Below are positions 47,322 to 59,150 of a DNA stretch of 64,000 nucleotides, in pieces. Each line of letters opens with the position of its first letter. The stretch's first letter is position 1. The stretch lies in NCBI GenBank assembly GCA_004022145.1, contig RCNU01000001.1, one strand, 5' to 3'. Made by a program: the position numbers and the translations under genes. The stretch is from Paecilomyces variotii. Lineage: Eukaryota. The notes beneath the pieces are model-generated. The model was not told the DNA's origin. It worked only from the letters and a program-made list of their open reading frames with translations, and searched no databases.

Positions 47322-49367
47322 ATGGTTCTTGCGAAGTCCAAAAACTCCGTGGGGCTGGGTAACAGCCTCATGAACGATCGGTTTGGCAAAGGAAAGGCAT
47401 CTTCGCAGAAGAAAGTCTCTCACAACCAAGCCATCGCTCGAAAGGGCGTCAACGGCGAAACCTACCTTACCAATGCGCCCAAGGAAGCATCATGGGTTAA
47501 AATGCGCAGTATCACCGAACAGGCGGCACTCGACGAATTTTTGAGTACCGCTGAGCTTGCGGGCACCGATTTTACCGCTGAAAAAATCAACAACGTCAAG
47601 ATCATCCACGCAGACCAAAAGAACCCCTACCTTCTCTCAGCTGCCGAGGAGAGGTCGGCTGTCAAGAAGCAGCAGAAGAACAAGGGACGGCTTACCGTTC
47701 CCAGAAGACCAAAGTGGAATGAGAGTACAACTCGGGAGCAGCTCGATGTGATGGAGAGGGAAAGTCTGCTTCAGTGGCGGCGAGGACTTGCAGAGTTGCA
47801 GGAGAATCAGGATCTGTTGATGACACCTTTCGAGCGAAACCTTGAAGTTTGGAGACAGCTGTGGCGTGTCATCGAACGTTCCGATCTTGTCGTGCAAATT
47901 GTCGATGCTCGAAACCCTCTTCTCTATCGTTCGGAGGATCTGGAGCATTATGTGAAGGAAATTGACCCTAAGAAGCGGAACCTCTTGCTTGTCAACAAAG
48001 CAGATATGCTGACGCCCAAACAACGAGAGATGTGGGCCGACTACTTCGAGGAAAATGACATCAGCTATCGATTCTTCTCCGCCCATCTTGCCAAGGAACG
48101 CAACGAGGCTAGACTCCTTGAGGAGGACCGGTCTGAGAGCGAAAGTGAAGACGAGGACGAGAAATTGGCTGAAGCGACTGAGAAAATGCGCGTCCAAGAG
48201 AAGCAGGAGGAGGACGAGGAATGGTCGAGCGAGGAGGACCTGGAGGAGGAGCATGGCGGAGCGAAGATCCCCAAGGGTTCCAACGATTATAGGACACGGA
48301 TTCTCGACGTTGAGGAACTGGAAGAGCTCTTCCTTTCAAATGCCCCCGATCGTCTCCCGCAGAGCGACGACCCAGAGCAGCAGCAGCAGCAGCGAAAGGA
48401 CAAGACAACGATCGGACTCGTCGGTTACCCTAATGTCGGTAAATCTAGCACTATCAACGCTCTTCTAGGAGCTAAGAAGGTCTCTGTCTCTGCCACCCCC
48501 GGAAAAACGAAGCATTTCCAGACGCTTTACCTCTCTCCGAATCTCCTTCTTTGTGACTGCCCCGGTCTGGTCTTCCCTAATTTCGCTACCACCAAGGCGG
48601 AGTTGGTCGTCAACGGCGTCCTGCCTATTGATCAACAGCGTGAATTCACCGGTCCAGCTGGTCTGGTTGCTCACCGTATTCCGAAGCACTATCTCGAGGC
48701 CGTCTATGGTATGAAGATCCACACCAGACCGCTCGAAGAAGGCGGCACAGGCATACCAACTGCCAGTGAACTTCTTCGCGCTTACGCTAAGGCTCGAGGC
48801 TTCTCTACCCAAGGTCTGGGACAGCCTGATGAGTCTCGTGCTGCGAGGTACATTCTGAAGGACTATGTGAATGGAAAACTGTTGTTCTGCCACCCACCGC
48901 CTGCTTCGTCGAAGGAGGATGCCGAGGAAGGTCAGGAGCGGATGGACCCTCTCGAGTTCAACGAGGGCCACTACGATATTACGAATCTCCCAGCCAGACG
49001 ACAAGCCATGATAGCGAAGGCTGCAGCGTCTGAACTAGATCGTGCTGACGATGCATCGTCCGACATTATGTCTCTTCCTGCAGCTAATGCGATTCCTGAG
49101 GGCCCACGCTCGCGTAAGATTGACACCCGCTTTTTCGGACCCCCGTCACTGAGGTCTGCCGGCCACTTGACGATGCCGTTCAATCACCAGTATACCGAGC
49201 AAGGACAGCAGCAGCGGAAACAGCTGACTGGCCGAAAGGAACGGCAGATGATCGCTTTGGAAAGGGGTGTCGATGTGTCGGAGGTCAGAAACACGTCGAA
49301 AAAGCACTTTAAAGGCGGAAAGAGAAAGGCTAAGAAGGGAAGAGCTGCTGCTGATGATGACTTTTGA
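47322..49367 (+). CDS. LSG1: Large subunit GTPase Lsg1 (60S export)
   Basis: Intronless 681-aa ORF with circularly permuted GTPase motifs NKAD, GYPNVGKSS, TPGKTKHFQT and DCPG, plus TPFERNLEVWRQLWRVIERSD. Confidence 0.95.
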   Translation: MVLAKSKNSVGLGNSLMNDRFGKGKASSQKKVSHNQAIARKGVNGETYLTNAPKEASWVKMRSITEQAALDEFLSTAELAGTDFTAEKINNVKIIHADQKNPYLLSAAEERSAVKKQQKNKGRLTVPRRPKWNESTTREQLDVMERESLLQWRRGLAELQENQDLLMTPFERNLEVWRQLWRVIERSDLVVQIVDARNPLLYRSEDLEHYVKEIDPKKRNLLLVNKADMLTPKQREMWADYFEENDISYRFFSAHLAKERNEARLLEEDRSESESEDEDEKLAEATEKMRVQEKQEEDEEWSSEEDLEEEHGGAKIPKGSNDYRTRILDVEELEELFLSNAPDRLPQSDDPEQQQQQRKDKTTIGLVGYPNVGKSSTINALLGAKKVSVSATPGKTKHFQTLYLSPNLLLCDCPGLVFPNFATTKAELVVNGVLPIDQQREFTGPAGLVAHRIPKHYLEAVYGMKIHTRPLEEGGTGIPTASELLRAYAKARGFSTQGLGQPDESRAARYILKDYVNGKLLFCHPPPASSKEDAEEGQERMDPLEFNEGHYDITNLPARRQAMIAKAAASELDRADDASSDIMSLPAANAIPEGPRSRKIDTRFFGPPSLRSAGHLTMPFNHQYTEQGQQQRKQLTGRKERQMIALERGVDVSEVRNTSKKHFKGGKRKAKKGRAAADDDF

Positions 49368-49834
49368 TGCCAGTCACTCGCTGGCGAGTGCTCTCGTTTG
49401 TTGCGGAGGTTGTAATCCTGTGTCTATTCAGATATGATTTCTGCAAACCAGGTCCTGAGGTTCATGATTTAGATTTTCTCATTATGGTTACGCGTTAGGG
49501 TCTGCATCTAGGCCGCTCTTCTCGGTGATATTCTTGGGAATATATACATATTGCATTTCCCGTGCGGAAGTACGATATGCCTAGCATTTATCTTTGATCC
49601 TCGCATTCCGAATTTAGAAGGTGCACCGTAGAGGTTCATTACTAGGAAACAGCGTAGAAAGCAGGTTTCCTACTTCCGTCAGGGAGGGACGTACGTAGAA
49701 GAAGCCTGCAACACATATCAGACTACACCTAAGACTCCTACGACATTGTACGATATATTCGGATATCAAACAGCATCAATACTCAAGGAGGCCCTTCCAT
49801 TGATCTTCTCTCCGCTGATACTGCGCTTAATGGA

Positions 49835-51472
49835 ATGGAGTCCACCATATTCAACATCCGAAGCGTCTTCTCCACATGGCTGAAGCCTTCTAGAGCAGAA
49901 GCCACACAGGGTCCGACGCTTCTACGCAACGATGAGCTTATCGACGAGGAGACAGTACCGGGCTATGATTCCACAGAATACTGCCCTGTCGGTCCCGGAG
50001 ATGTATTCAACGATCGTTACAAGATGGTAGTTAAGATGGGCTGGGGAGGTTCATCGACAGTGTGGTTAGCTCGTGATACAAAGCGGTATGAAGAGCCAGC
50101 CCACTGATGTACAACAAACTCGTGGGTCTAAGGGTCGATTTCACTAATATGCGCGCCAATTCATGCAGAAATATCTTCCAACGCTCTCGTTTCGTTGCAG
50201 TCAAAGTTCATAACAGCAGTCAAGGAAGCAGCGACGAAGCTATCGGGGAACGGGACCTTGAGCAATATATTGCAAGGAAGAATCCATTGCATCGGGGTCA
50301 CGCGTTCATTCGGACCCATGTAGATGCATTCGAGGTGCCTGGTTTGAGCAGACGGCATCTATGTCTGGTGTATGAACCTATGAGGGAGCCGATTTGGCAG
50401 CTTCGACAACGATTTCCTGGTGGGAGGTTTCCTCCCTCCCTCGTGAAGGCGTATATCTTTATTCTGCTTCATGGACTGGACTATCTGCATTCAGAGTGCG
50501 GAGTGGTGCATACCGGTGAGATCCCTGTTTGTCTTGTGTGGAATAAATGGATGGTTGATTGATGAGGAGGATGAATAGACCTGAAGCTCGAAAATATTCT
50601 TGTGAGCTGCGAGAATCCTGCGGCTATCAAGCAGTTTGCTGAGAAGCAAATGAAATGTGGTATGCAAAGAAAGATCGACTCAACTGGCCGCGCTGTATAT
50701 CTGTCTGTAGGGGACTTTGGGCCACTCAACATTAGCGCCTTACGTCTCCTTGTTCCTACCATCACAGATTTTGGACATGCACAGCGGGTGACGTCCGGCG
50801 TTTCTGGCTTTGCTGCTATACAACCGGACCAGTACCGCGCTCCTGAGGTTATCTTAGGCTGTGGCTGGACGTACAGCGCAGACATATGGAATGTCGGTCT
50901 TCTGGTAAGCTACACCGAGCAGTATGGCTATACTGCAGGGTTGATTCCATTCTGTCACTTATGAAATCGTGGTACCATAGATGTGGAATCTCCTAGAAGG
51001 CAAAGACTTGTTCAGCCAAGTACACGATGATCAAGGGCGTTATAGCAGCTGGATACATCTTGCCGAAATGGTTGCCGTATTAGGTCCGCCGCCACGACGA
51101 GTACTGGACCTCTCAACTGAACGGCTGAACTATAGGTGGCAGCAACCTATTGAGAATCCAGAAGGAGAGCTTTGCTATAGACCACGAGAGTACTTTGGAG
51201 GGCCCTTCTTTAATAGAAAAGGTATGACATATATTGGCTCACACATATATTTCAATTTTCAAGAGTCTCAGGCTGACCAGCCAGGTGCTTTTTTGAACAA
51301 AAAGCTCATCCCAAACCGCAAACTGGAGGACACGCTCCCGTCGCTGTCAGCGGAAGAGAGTGCCGTTTTCTTGAAGTTTGCGCGGTGTATGCTGCGATGG
51401 GCGCTTGACGAGAGGAAAACCGCAAGACAGCTGTTGACTGATCCTTTCTTCGATGGACTATGCGAGGAATGA
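49835..51472 (+). CDS. SRPK-like (Sky1-related, fungal-expanded) Ser/Thr protein kinase, 5 exons
   Basis: Motifs KMGWGGSSTVWLARD, VAVK, HT/DLKLEN (spliced across 50516-50578), TDFG, YRAPEVILG and ADIWNVG. The catalytic motifs appear intact. Confidence 0.85.
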
Positions 51473-51889
51473 TATTATTATTATTAAATAGTGGTGTTTT
51501 TTCTGGTTTTAAGGCGCGATGTTCCATAACCAGACTTACCACAGGCTAGAGTCGGTAGAATATATATAGACTCATTTTGTATCATCGGGTTTCGTCCGAC
51601 TCCGTGACTGGAACGAGGGTAAAAGACAAACTCGAGCTTTACAAATTACTTCGAAATGTAGATTTAATGTGTTATGTGCCTCCGAGAAGTATTCATATTC
51701 AACCTGATTCAGGACTGTGGTGATAGTGGTCCGGTTTTTGGAATGTCCCAGCCAATAATAACGGCTTCATACAAATTTTCATACCATAACTGTATCCTGC
51801 TACAATTCTCGAACCAAACATTGTGAATACGTAAAAACGGTAGGAAAATAATATAATCATAAAGAGAGGATAGTTATATATATCACGCA

Positions 51890-53532
51890 TCACAGATGGC
51901 TAATCCTCGGCTTGAATCCCTTTTCCGCCAATAGCCGCTCCGACTGCTCCTTCTGCCACTTCAACTTAGCAGTGACGAACTGTTTGCGGGAATTATTCTC
52001 CCTGCGACCCAGCTGCTGCAGATGCACCTCATCCGGACCATCGGCGATACGCAGCGTTCGGATCAAAGCCCAGAGATAAGCCAGTGGCGTATCCTGCGAG
52101 ACACCGGCAGCACCGAAGGCCTGGACGGCGCGATCGATGACGGTCAATGCGGTCTGAGGAACGAGTACTTTCGCCTGGGCGATTTCCTTCAGGGCGGATT
52201 TGGCGTCGCCGTTATCGATCTTGATTGCGGCGTTGAAGACGATGAGACGCGCGGCGTCGATTTCGAGACGGGATTTAGCGATCCATTCGAGAATGACGCC
52301 GTGGGAGGATAGGGGCTGTCCGAAGGTTTTCTTGCGCTCGTCGTTGACGCGAGCGATGAGCCATTCGATGGCGCGCTCTGCGGCGCCGATGGTGCGCATG
52401 GCGTGGTGAATGCGGCCGGGACCGAGACGGCCCTGGATGATTTCGAACCCGCGGCCTTCGCCGAGGACGATGTTCGAGATGGGCACGCGGACGTTCTTGA
52501 ATGAGATGTGGCCGTGGCCGTGAGGGGCGTCGTCGTAGCCGTAGACGTTGAGCATGCGGTGGATGGTGATGCCGGGGGTGTTGGATGGGACGAGGATGAC
52601 GGATTGTTGCTTGTATTTGTCTGGGTTGGAAGCGTCTGTCTTGCCCATGACGATGTAGAGTTTGCATCGAGGGTCGCCGGCTCCGGAGGACCACCATTTC
52701 TGTTATTCATATCAAGTTTTAGTTACTGTACGGCACTTATTATGATTCTTTGTGGGTTTTCCATCTTTTATGATGGACGAGAAGGAAGGAGGGATCTGAC
52801 ATACCGAGCCATTGAGAAGGTATTCGTTTCCTTCACGACGGATATTGAACTGGATATTGGTAGCGTCACTCGAGGCGATATCCGGCTCTGTCATCAGGAA
52901 CGCAGAGCGAATCTTGCCATCCAGCAGAGGAGCCAGCCACTGCTGCTTCTGAGTGTCGTTTCCGTACTTGGCCAGAACTTCCATATTACCAGTATCAGGG
53001 GCGGCATTATTCGTGGCCTGGATGAAGCACATATCCAACATCAATCAGTAAGTATATAAACCAACCTCCCATCAAACAAAAGCAAAGATAGAAATTCCCA
53101 CCTCCGGCGCAACGGTACTCTTCCCCAAATACTCCGCCATCAAACCATACTCGAGATTCGAGAATCCCGCACCCTGGCTGAAATGGTTCTTGGGCAGGAA
53201 CATATTCCACAAGCCCAGCTTGCGCGCCTTTTCCTTCAACTCCTCCATGATGGCTGGGTTGGTCGTCCAGCGCTGCTGGCCTTCACCCAGTTGTTCCCGA
53301 AACACGGCTTCGGCGGGGATGCATTCTTTCTCGACGAATTCTTCGACCTGTTATGTAGGAGGAGGGGTTGTTAGTTTTTGTTTTAATTGAATAGAATACT
53401 ATCTATCTATCTATATGGAATGGATGGATAGATAGTAAGGGAGGGAAAGGAACATACCAAATCCAACGTCTTCTTCGCCTTCTCACTGACAAAGGGCAGC
53501 GCGATAGGCGGGATCTTCGAGGAGGCCGACAT
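51890..53532 (-). CDS. Acyl-CoA dehydrogenase (ACAD10/11-like), probably peroxisomal
   Basis: Motifs [59 protein letters not shown] and [11 protein letters not shown]-terminal SHL is a PTS1-type signal. Confidence 0.92.
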
Positions 53533-54785
53533 GGTTAAGTAAAACGAAGCCAATAAACTCGATATACAGATACAGATAGAGATAGCGATAAACTGATTCC
53601 CTCTTCCCCGAGAAAGAAGAAGTCGCCACGAATGCGAATGAATGTTCTTAAATAAATAAGAATCTCTTTTCCCCCGGTTGTTGACCCCGACGCGCGGGGA
53701 GGAGTCAAGGCAAGTGATGCTCAACCAGACTAACCAAGCAAAGGGAGTTCCAGCTGGTGTGGAGTAGCCGAGCTGGGTCTGGATCGAACCTCGGCTTTTA
53801 TCGATCGGCCTCTGTTTTCCGGAGATGATCGATCTTGCGGTGATTTTGATGTCGGGTTTTTTATTATTACACAGAGTGATCATGGGAATTTTAAATAGAT
53901 GTTGGGTATTATGATCGGGGTATTATTGATTCTGGCTTTTTTGTGTTGGTTCGATTGGAGTTGTTGAGCTCATACGAAGTCGCGATGGGCGTAACTCCGC
54001 ATTATTATTACTATCGGCGAGTTCTCCGAAGACTCGTACTGACCAACACATAAATAAATACAACAAAACAGACTATTCCAGTAACTCGCACAGGGCATAC
54101 AGACTAACCGAACGGTGCCCTATAATCTACACGATCATCTAATCAAAGAACACAAAGCGTAGCCAGTTCCAGTTTTCGTTTCATTCGAATATGATACAAG
54201 TCCTGCTAAACAAAAAAGACAAAACAGAAAAGAAAAGAAAAGAAAAGTCATCGTCGCAGGTATTAAAATAAAAAAAAAGAAAATACAACCAGAAAAAAAC
54301 TCAACCTGGGAACAAACCAGTCAACCAGAACTCTTTCGAAATCCTTCCGATAAGCCCACATTTCACTCCAAGTATTCAGCCAACCCAGGGGTGGAACTGA
54401 CAAAAACAGACTGAAAGTCCACACAATCCTAGTAGCACGGGACTTGTTGTTGAAATGGCACTTTGAGCATCAGAAGGGGGAATAATAGAGTCCAGAGACC
54501 AGCACAGAGTGTGACAACCTAACCTAACCCCACGTCAAAGTTCCGTTCCTTTCCCAATGTGTTTTAATAAAACTGCCCATCCTATCCGTTCCCTGTGTAA
54601 AAAAGACCCAAAAGAGATAAAAAAAAAAAAGAAAAAAGGAAGGCATTCCAATTCTCAGTCTAAGAAGAAGGAAATGCATAAGAAGCCAAGAACCCAGAAA
54701 CCCGAAGAAAGACGCATGGTTTGCTACCAGAGCATAACCCAATCCATGACGCAAAACAAAGTGTGTGAAATTTCATTTCGTTGCT

Positions 54786-55213
54786 TCATGCTAGGGTTTG
54801 CTCTCGAGGTGCAGAGGCCTCTTCGGCGGCCGAGGATTGTTCGTAGCTCTTTTTGCCCAGCTTCGCGAAGAGGGACTGTGGCTTGCCGGCACTGTGAGGA
54901 AAGATAAATGTCAGTTTCATCGATTTCCTTGCTGTGTGTGTGGAAGATATCAACCACAGGCAGACTAGACTGACTTCTTGAACCGCTTTCCCTTCAGATC
55001 ACTCAGCTTCTTTGTGCAAGGGCTCTGGATACCGTCTGACGGTGACACGTAGGTTCCCTGGGGCCTGTGTTTTCGAAGACGTTAGTTAGAGACGATGTCC
55101 ATAATCTTCCAGGGCCATTATTGAGCGACATACTTCTCCTCAAAAGACTGGAGGTGAGTGTTGGTCGGGCGGTCTGCCAGGGGCTGAGCCTGCGCAGCTG
55201 TCGTAGCGTCCAT
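54786..55213 (-). CDS. SPO12: Spo12-family protein (mitotic exit / FEAR), 3 exons, 91 aa
   Basis: Exons 55213-55134, 55064-54975 and 54891-54786 give MDATTAAQAQPLADRPTNTHLQSFEEKPQGTYVSPSDGIQSPCTKKLSDLKGKRFKNAGKPQSLFAKLGKK...LA*. The segment YVSPSD-I-SPCTKKL is the Spo12 motif. Confidence 0.85.
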
Positions 55214-55761
55214 TATGATGTGATGATTGTGTTTCGAAGAAGAAAGATGAAGCGAAAAAGTTCAAGTTGGCTGGAAATGCCACTCCTCGTCTTCGCAATT
55301 AAAACCAAGATGGAAGAAATGGCTTAAGCCTTAGTCTAGTCCGGGTTAAGAACTGGGATTCGTTTCAACGGCAGAAGATCTCAATCACTTGTAGATAGCG
55401 GGAAAAGGCTCGTCGATCGCAACACAGAAAGAGCAGATGAAGCGTGAGTGACGGTCAAGAGAGATAGACAGGAGTCCTCGAGATGGAATTTGTATTCGCC
55501 GTTTTGTTTGGCAGCAGACAACAAAAAATGCGACGGGTGGAGAGAGTCCTGAGTTTATCGGGATAATCCAAGTAAAAAAAATAACAAGGGCCGATTGTCG
55601 TCGGGGCAACGCACCGCCACGCCTTTTCCAGCAATGTGGATAGCGCGGGTCGAACAAGACATTTTACTCCGTCAACGAGGGTCACAAGGCGCGATCGCCC
55701 GGAACGACGTGAAGTCAATTCCCTGGTGGCTGATTTCTAGAATCTGCCTGTCTGTTTACGT

Positions 55762-55778
55762 GGGGGGGGGGGGGGGGG
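55762..55778 (+). repeat. G17 homopolymer
   Basis: Seventeen consecutive G in the spacer between Spo12 and Slp1. Confidence 0.9.
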
Positions 55779-56516
55779 AAGCAACATGGCTGACGTCGAG
55801 TGATCGGCCTGATGATCCTCGTTGTTTCGTGTTTAGTTTATACTGGTAATGGTATAGGTAGTCTCATTATGCATTAGCCGCTAGAGTTTAATATACACAA
55901 ACGCCTCGTGAAGAAGACAAGGGTCAGAAAATAAACACTTGTCCAGTATATACAGTACTGTGACAATAATGGCTGGTCCGCTCTGTGATGATAATTAATG
56001 ATACAGGGGTATATGTTGTGTATGTGTGCTATGACCACAATAGACGGCAGCATATCCTTACCACCGGCAGGGGCCGTCGAATATGTCGTCCAGGGCAATT
56101 CCCTTCTGCCCTGTAGTAAGAGTCTCTTGGACACATTTTGTGAGTCATAAGTTCGCTCATAAATTCGCGTCAACGGCAGGGTTGGCGGTTTACCAGCCTC
56201 AGCCTGTCTGTTGATTGACGACGGCTGGGGTCTAGTGCAACATCGCCAGCGTGGGATTGTACCCAGAGAGAGCGTAGTCAAATGAGTAGCAACAGTCCAT
56301 CAAACTTATGCCAGGCTGTGCATACGACTACCAACTCATCCTTTTCGCAGGGTGTAGCTGGCAAGTCATTACAGCAATGCCGGTCGAGCCAACGAAATGA
56401 GAGTCCCGACCATTTCTGAAACGACACGGCGTAACCTCAGAAGCGCGGATGTCTTGTTGATGCGTGACTTAGCCTCCCCGACTCGTAGACGTAGACCACG
56501 AAAAACAATCCATCGG

Positions 56517-59150
56517 CTAGGCAGGCGGCTGCCGTATATGCGACGGCGAGAGTAGCTGTGGTGATTCCAGCTCCTCTTCCGGCTCTACATCGTGCGGGCG
56601 TCCACTCAATGTAGGCGGACTGCTACCCGGCCGGAAAGTAGGCGGATCCGGAGTAGGGACCCGAGAGGACTCAGGCGTCAGCCGCATCTTGTCATCTCCG
56701 TCAGATGGGCTTCCTGTGTCCGAGGATGGTGTAGGAGGAGAATAGGCAATAGTTGGGCTGATAGGACCACTTTGAGAGTCCTGAGAGTCCTCAGAGATGT
56801 TCCTCCTGTGACGGGCTTTCCGATCATAAGAAGACGGAGACCTGGTAGATGTCGGGCTCGCAGAAGGCGACGCGAAGGAAGGGGAAGAGGACCGCAGACT
56901 GTACGATCGCGATCGCACCATATTCTGCACGCTGGGGAATTCCATGTAGCTTCCCACTGCATTCCGCGAGAAAAGCACCAGGCCGAAACATATCAAAACG
57001 AAGATGCTCTGTATGACAGATATCCGCTTCTGGAACACAATCTCATCTGCCAAGACTCCCAGCTGCGAAGCCATCGACTGAATCTCCTGATGATACTGAA
57101 TGCGCTGGTGTTCGAACTGGACAGCAACCGACCTCCATACGTGATCGTACTGGTCACGGAACTCCTTCAGTTCGTTGAGGACAGTCGTGTTAAGATTCTC
57201 GAGAAATGTCGTCGTCTTGGCCAACTGGCGTTTCTCGACCTTGTTGAATGCATCCCGCAGTATACGAGATTGCTCTTCGATGTAGAGGAGAGAAAGAGAG
57301 GAATTCGACTCCAGCATTTGCAGCCGTTTGTTGACAGACTTGAAAAAGGACTCTTGGGTGGTCGGGTTTGCAGCTGGTGGCTGTGGAACAGTAGCTTTCA
57401 CCGGCTCTGGAGGCACACTCTGCTCTTCTTTTGTCGCTGTCACTGTCGGTCTGCTATCGGTTTCCGTTTGGACATCCTGTTCACTTCTGTCTGTTTGAGT
57501 CGACCAACTCGAAAAGCTAGCAGGACTGGGCCCCGGCTTATCAGTCCTTTTCTGGATTTCGCTAGCTTCCCCTGAGGCGTCATCCACGAATACCGTGCTG
57601 TTGGTTGTGTCTGTTGAGGTCGAAGTGCCATTGGTAATGCTGGTAGAAGCCTGAGTCACATCCTCAGCTCTTCCAGAAGGCAGAGGAGCCTCGTCTATGG
57701 TACAGACGTCAGTGACTTCCACTAGGAAACTCAACACGGATTCTGTCTTTTCCAACGGGCACATCCCGGAATTAGTGCCATTGTGCGAGGTCGCTGCATC
57801 AGTTATATTCCCCACGGATGGCGTAGGCTCATTGACTGCTGCACCATCATCTGGCTCCGTCGGTTGGACAACTCCAGGCTCCTCAGCTTGCTCTATGGCC
57901 AGATCAACCACCTCTTCCTCTCCACGGCCTATGTCGCCTTCATGTTTATACTCTTCCAACATGGTGGTGCCGTGAACCCTGACCAAACTAACCGGGCAGT
58001 AGAACTCGTTTCCGTAGTGCGTCAAGAACTCGATCTTGACATACCGCGCCCAGATAAGCGGGTTCTCCACTGCAAACGCCTGGATCTCGCGTGTATTCCG
58101 AGCCTCGTAGACACCTAGTTCCTTCCACTCTTTGGCCGGATAGCGATCAGAGACACTGACCCTGAAGGTGCGGAATATCGAACTGAAGAACTCATAGTTT
58201 GCAAGGACAATAGTATCAACTAGGATATCGTCGCACAATTCCAGTATGAGAAACTTATCCTTCGCTCGGCACTCGTTCAGCATATAGCTATCCTTGTTCT
58301 CAATAAGCACGGAGGATGACCCCGTACATTGCGGGTTCGTCTTTAAGACAGTAGCAGCGCAGTCGAAAGAAGCGTAGTTGAACCTCTCTTTACAGGTCGT
58401 GCCAGCATCTTTCCTTCGTGCAGTTCCTCTGCGCGACACTCCTTCAGCCTCAGCATCGCCAACTGTACCTTGATAGACATGGCCAGTCGTCGCTTCTCCG
58501 TCGCTGGACGGTTTCGTTCCCCATGCGGCACTTTCCGGCGCCTCGGCGCCAAATCCAGCGAAATCCAATTCAATCTCCGCATCCTCCCCCAGTGAATCGA
58601 GAGCATTATTGATCCCGGTCGGTCTCCGTCGATTCTCTTGTTCTCCTGCAACTCCTTGTCTATGCCGGCCAACATTCTCGGCCGACTGGCCTACCCTGGC
58701 CAGATTCTGCTTCTTCCAATCCTCAAAGGAAAGGAAATTTGAATTATCAAGAGGTGACTCTGTATCCAGCTCATGATCCGTAGCTCCCGTTCCAGTTGGG
58801 CTGCTATCAGAGCCAGAGGAAGTCGTCGACGCAGTGACTGTTGTCGTCGAGGCTGAAACTCGATCCCCATCCTCCTCCAGCAGAGCCTTCCCCTTCCCCC
58901 ATCTCATCTCCAGACATACGGGAGGTTCGAATAACCCCGCTTGAGCTGTCTTCCAACTCTTCGCCGGACATATCGGAGACGATAAAGTCTGCGTCGTCTC
59001 AACGACGCCCTGTCCATTATGATGGCTCGTCGCATCAGCGGTAGGCGTCGTATCCGCCCAAACCAACCCAGCCAGTATCAAAACCAACAGTCCGAGCCGC
59101 CCCAGGTACGACTCCATCCTTGTATCGGGTAACATTTTGCGCCTGCGCAT
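56517..59150 (-). CDS. SLP1: Mid-SUN (Sad1/UNC-like) ER membrane protein Slp1/SUCO-like
   Basis: Signal peptide, FLSFEDWKK, KERFNYASFDCAA, ENKDSYMLNEC, LANYEFFSS, HYGNEFYCP, the coiled coil ESFFKSVNKRLQMLESN and a C-terminal TM helix. The start could be a downstream Met. Confidence 0.9.
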   Translation of the reverse strand: MRRRKMLPDTRMESYLGRLGLLVLILAGLVWADTTPTADATSHHNGQGVVETTQTLSSPICPAKSWKTAQAGLFEPPVCLEMRWGKGKALLEEDGDRVSASTTTVTASTTSSGSDSSPTGTGATDHELDTESPLDNSNFLSFEDWKKQNLARVGQSAENVGRHRQGVAGEQENRRRPTGINNALDSLGEDAEIELDFAGFGAEAPESAAWGTKPSSDGEATTGHVYQGTVGDAEAEGVSRRGTARRKDAGTTCKERFNYASFDCAATVLKTNPQCTGSSSVLIENKDSYMLNECRAKDKFLILELCDDILVDTIVLANYEFFSSIFRTFRVSVSDRYPAKEWKELGVYEARNTREIQAFAVENPLIWARYVKIEFLTHYGNEFYCPVSLVRVHGTTMLEEYKHEGDIGRGEEEVVDLAIEQAEEPGVVQPTEPDDGAAVNEPTPSVGNITDAATSHNGTNSGMCPLEKTESVLSFLVEVTDVCTIDEAPLPSGRAEDVTQASTSITNGTSTSTDTTNSTVFVDDASGEASEIQKRTDKPGPSPASFSSWSTQTDRSEQDVQTETDSRPTVTATKEEQSVPPEPVKATVPQPPAANPTTQESFFKSVNKRLQMLESNSSLSLLYIEEQSRILRDAFNKVEKRQLAKTTTFLENLNTTVLNELKEFRDQYDHVWRSVAVQFEHQRIQYHQEIQSMASQLGVLADEIVFQKRISVIQSIFVLICFGLVLFSRNAVGSYMEFPSVQNMVRSRSYSLRSSSPSFASPSASPTSTRSPSSYDRKARHRRNISEDSQDSQSGPISPTIAYSPPTPSSDTGSPSDGDDKMRLTPESSRVPTPDPPTFRPGSSPPTLSGRPHDVEPEEELESPQLLSPSHIRQPPA

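Noticed and set aside
49375-49390. CACTCGC-TG-GCGAGTG inverted repeat just after the LSG1 stop
   Set aside because: It has only a 7-bp stem, which is expected by chance in 64 kb, and bacterial-style terminators do not apply here.
33187-53532. MBOAT, acyl-CoA dehydrogenase and PGS1 as a possible lipid or secondary-metabolite cluster
   Set aside because: They are scattered among unrelated housekeeping genes, and the window has no PKS, NRPS, terpene synthase or cluster transcription factor.
56592-57575. 327-aa + strand ORF
   Set aside because: It is an antisense shadow of SLP1.
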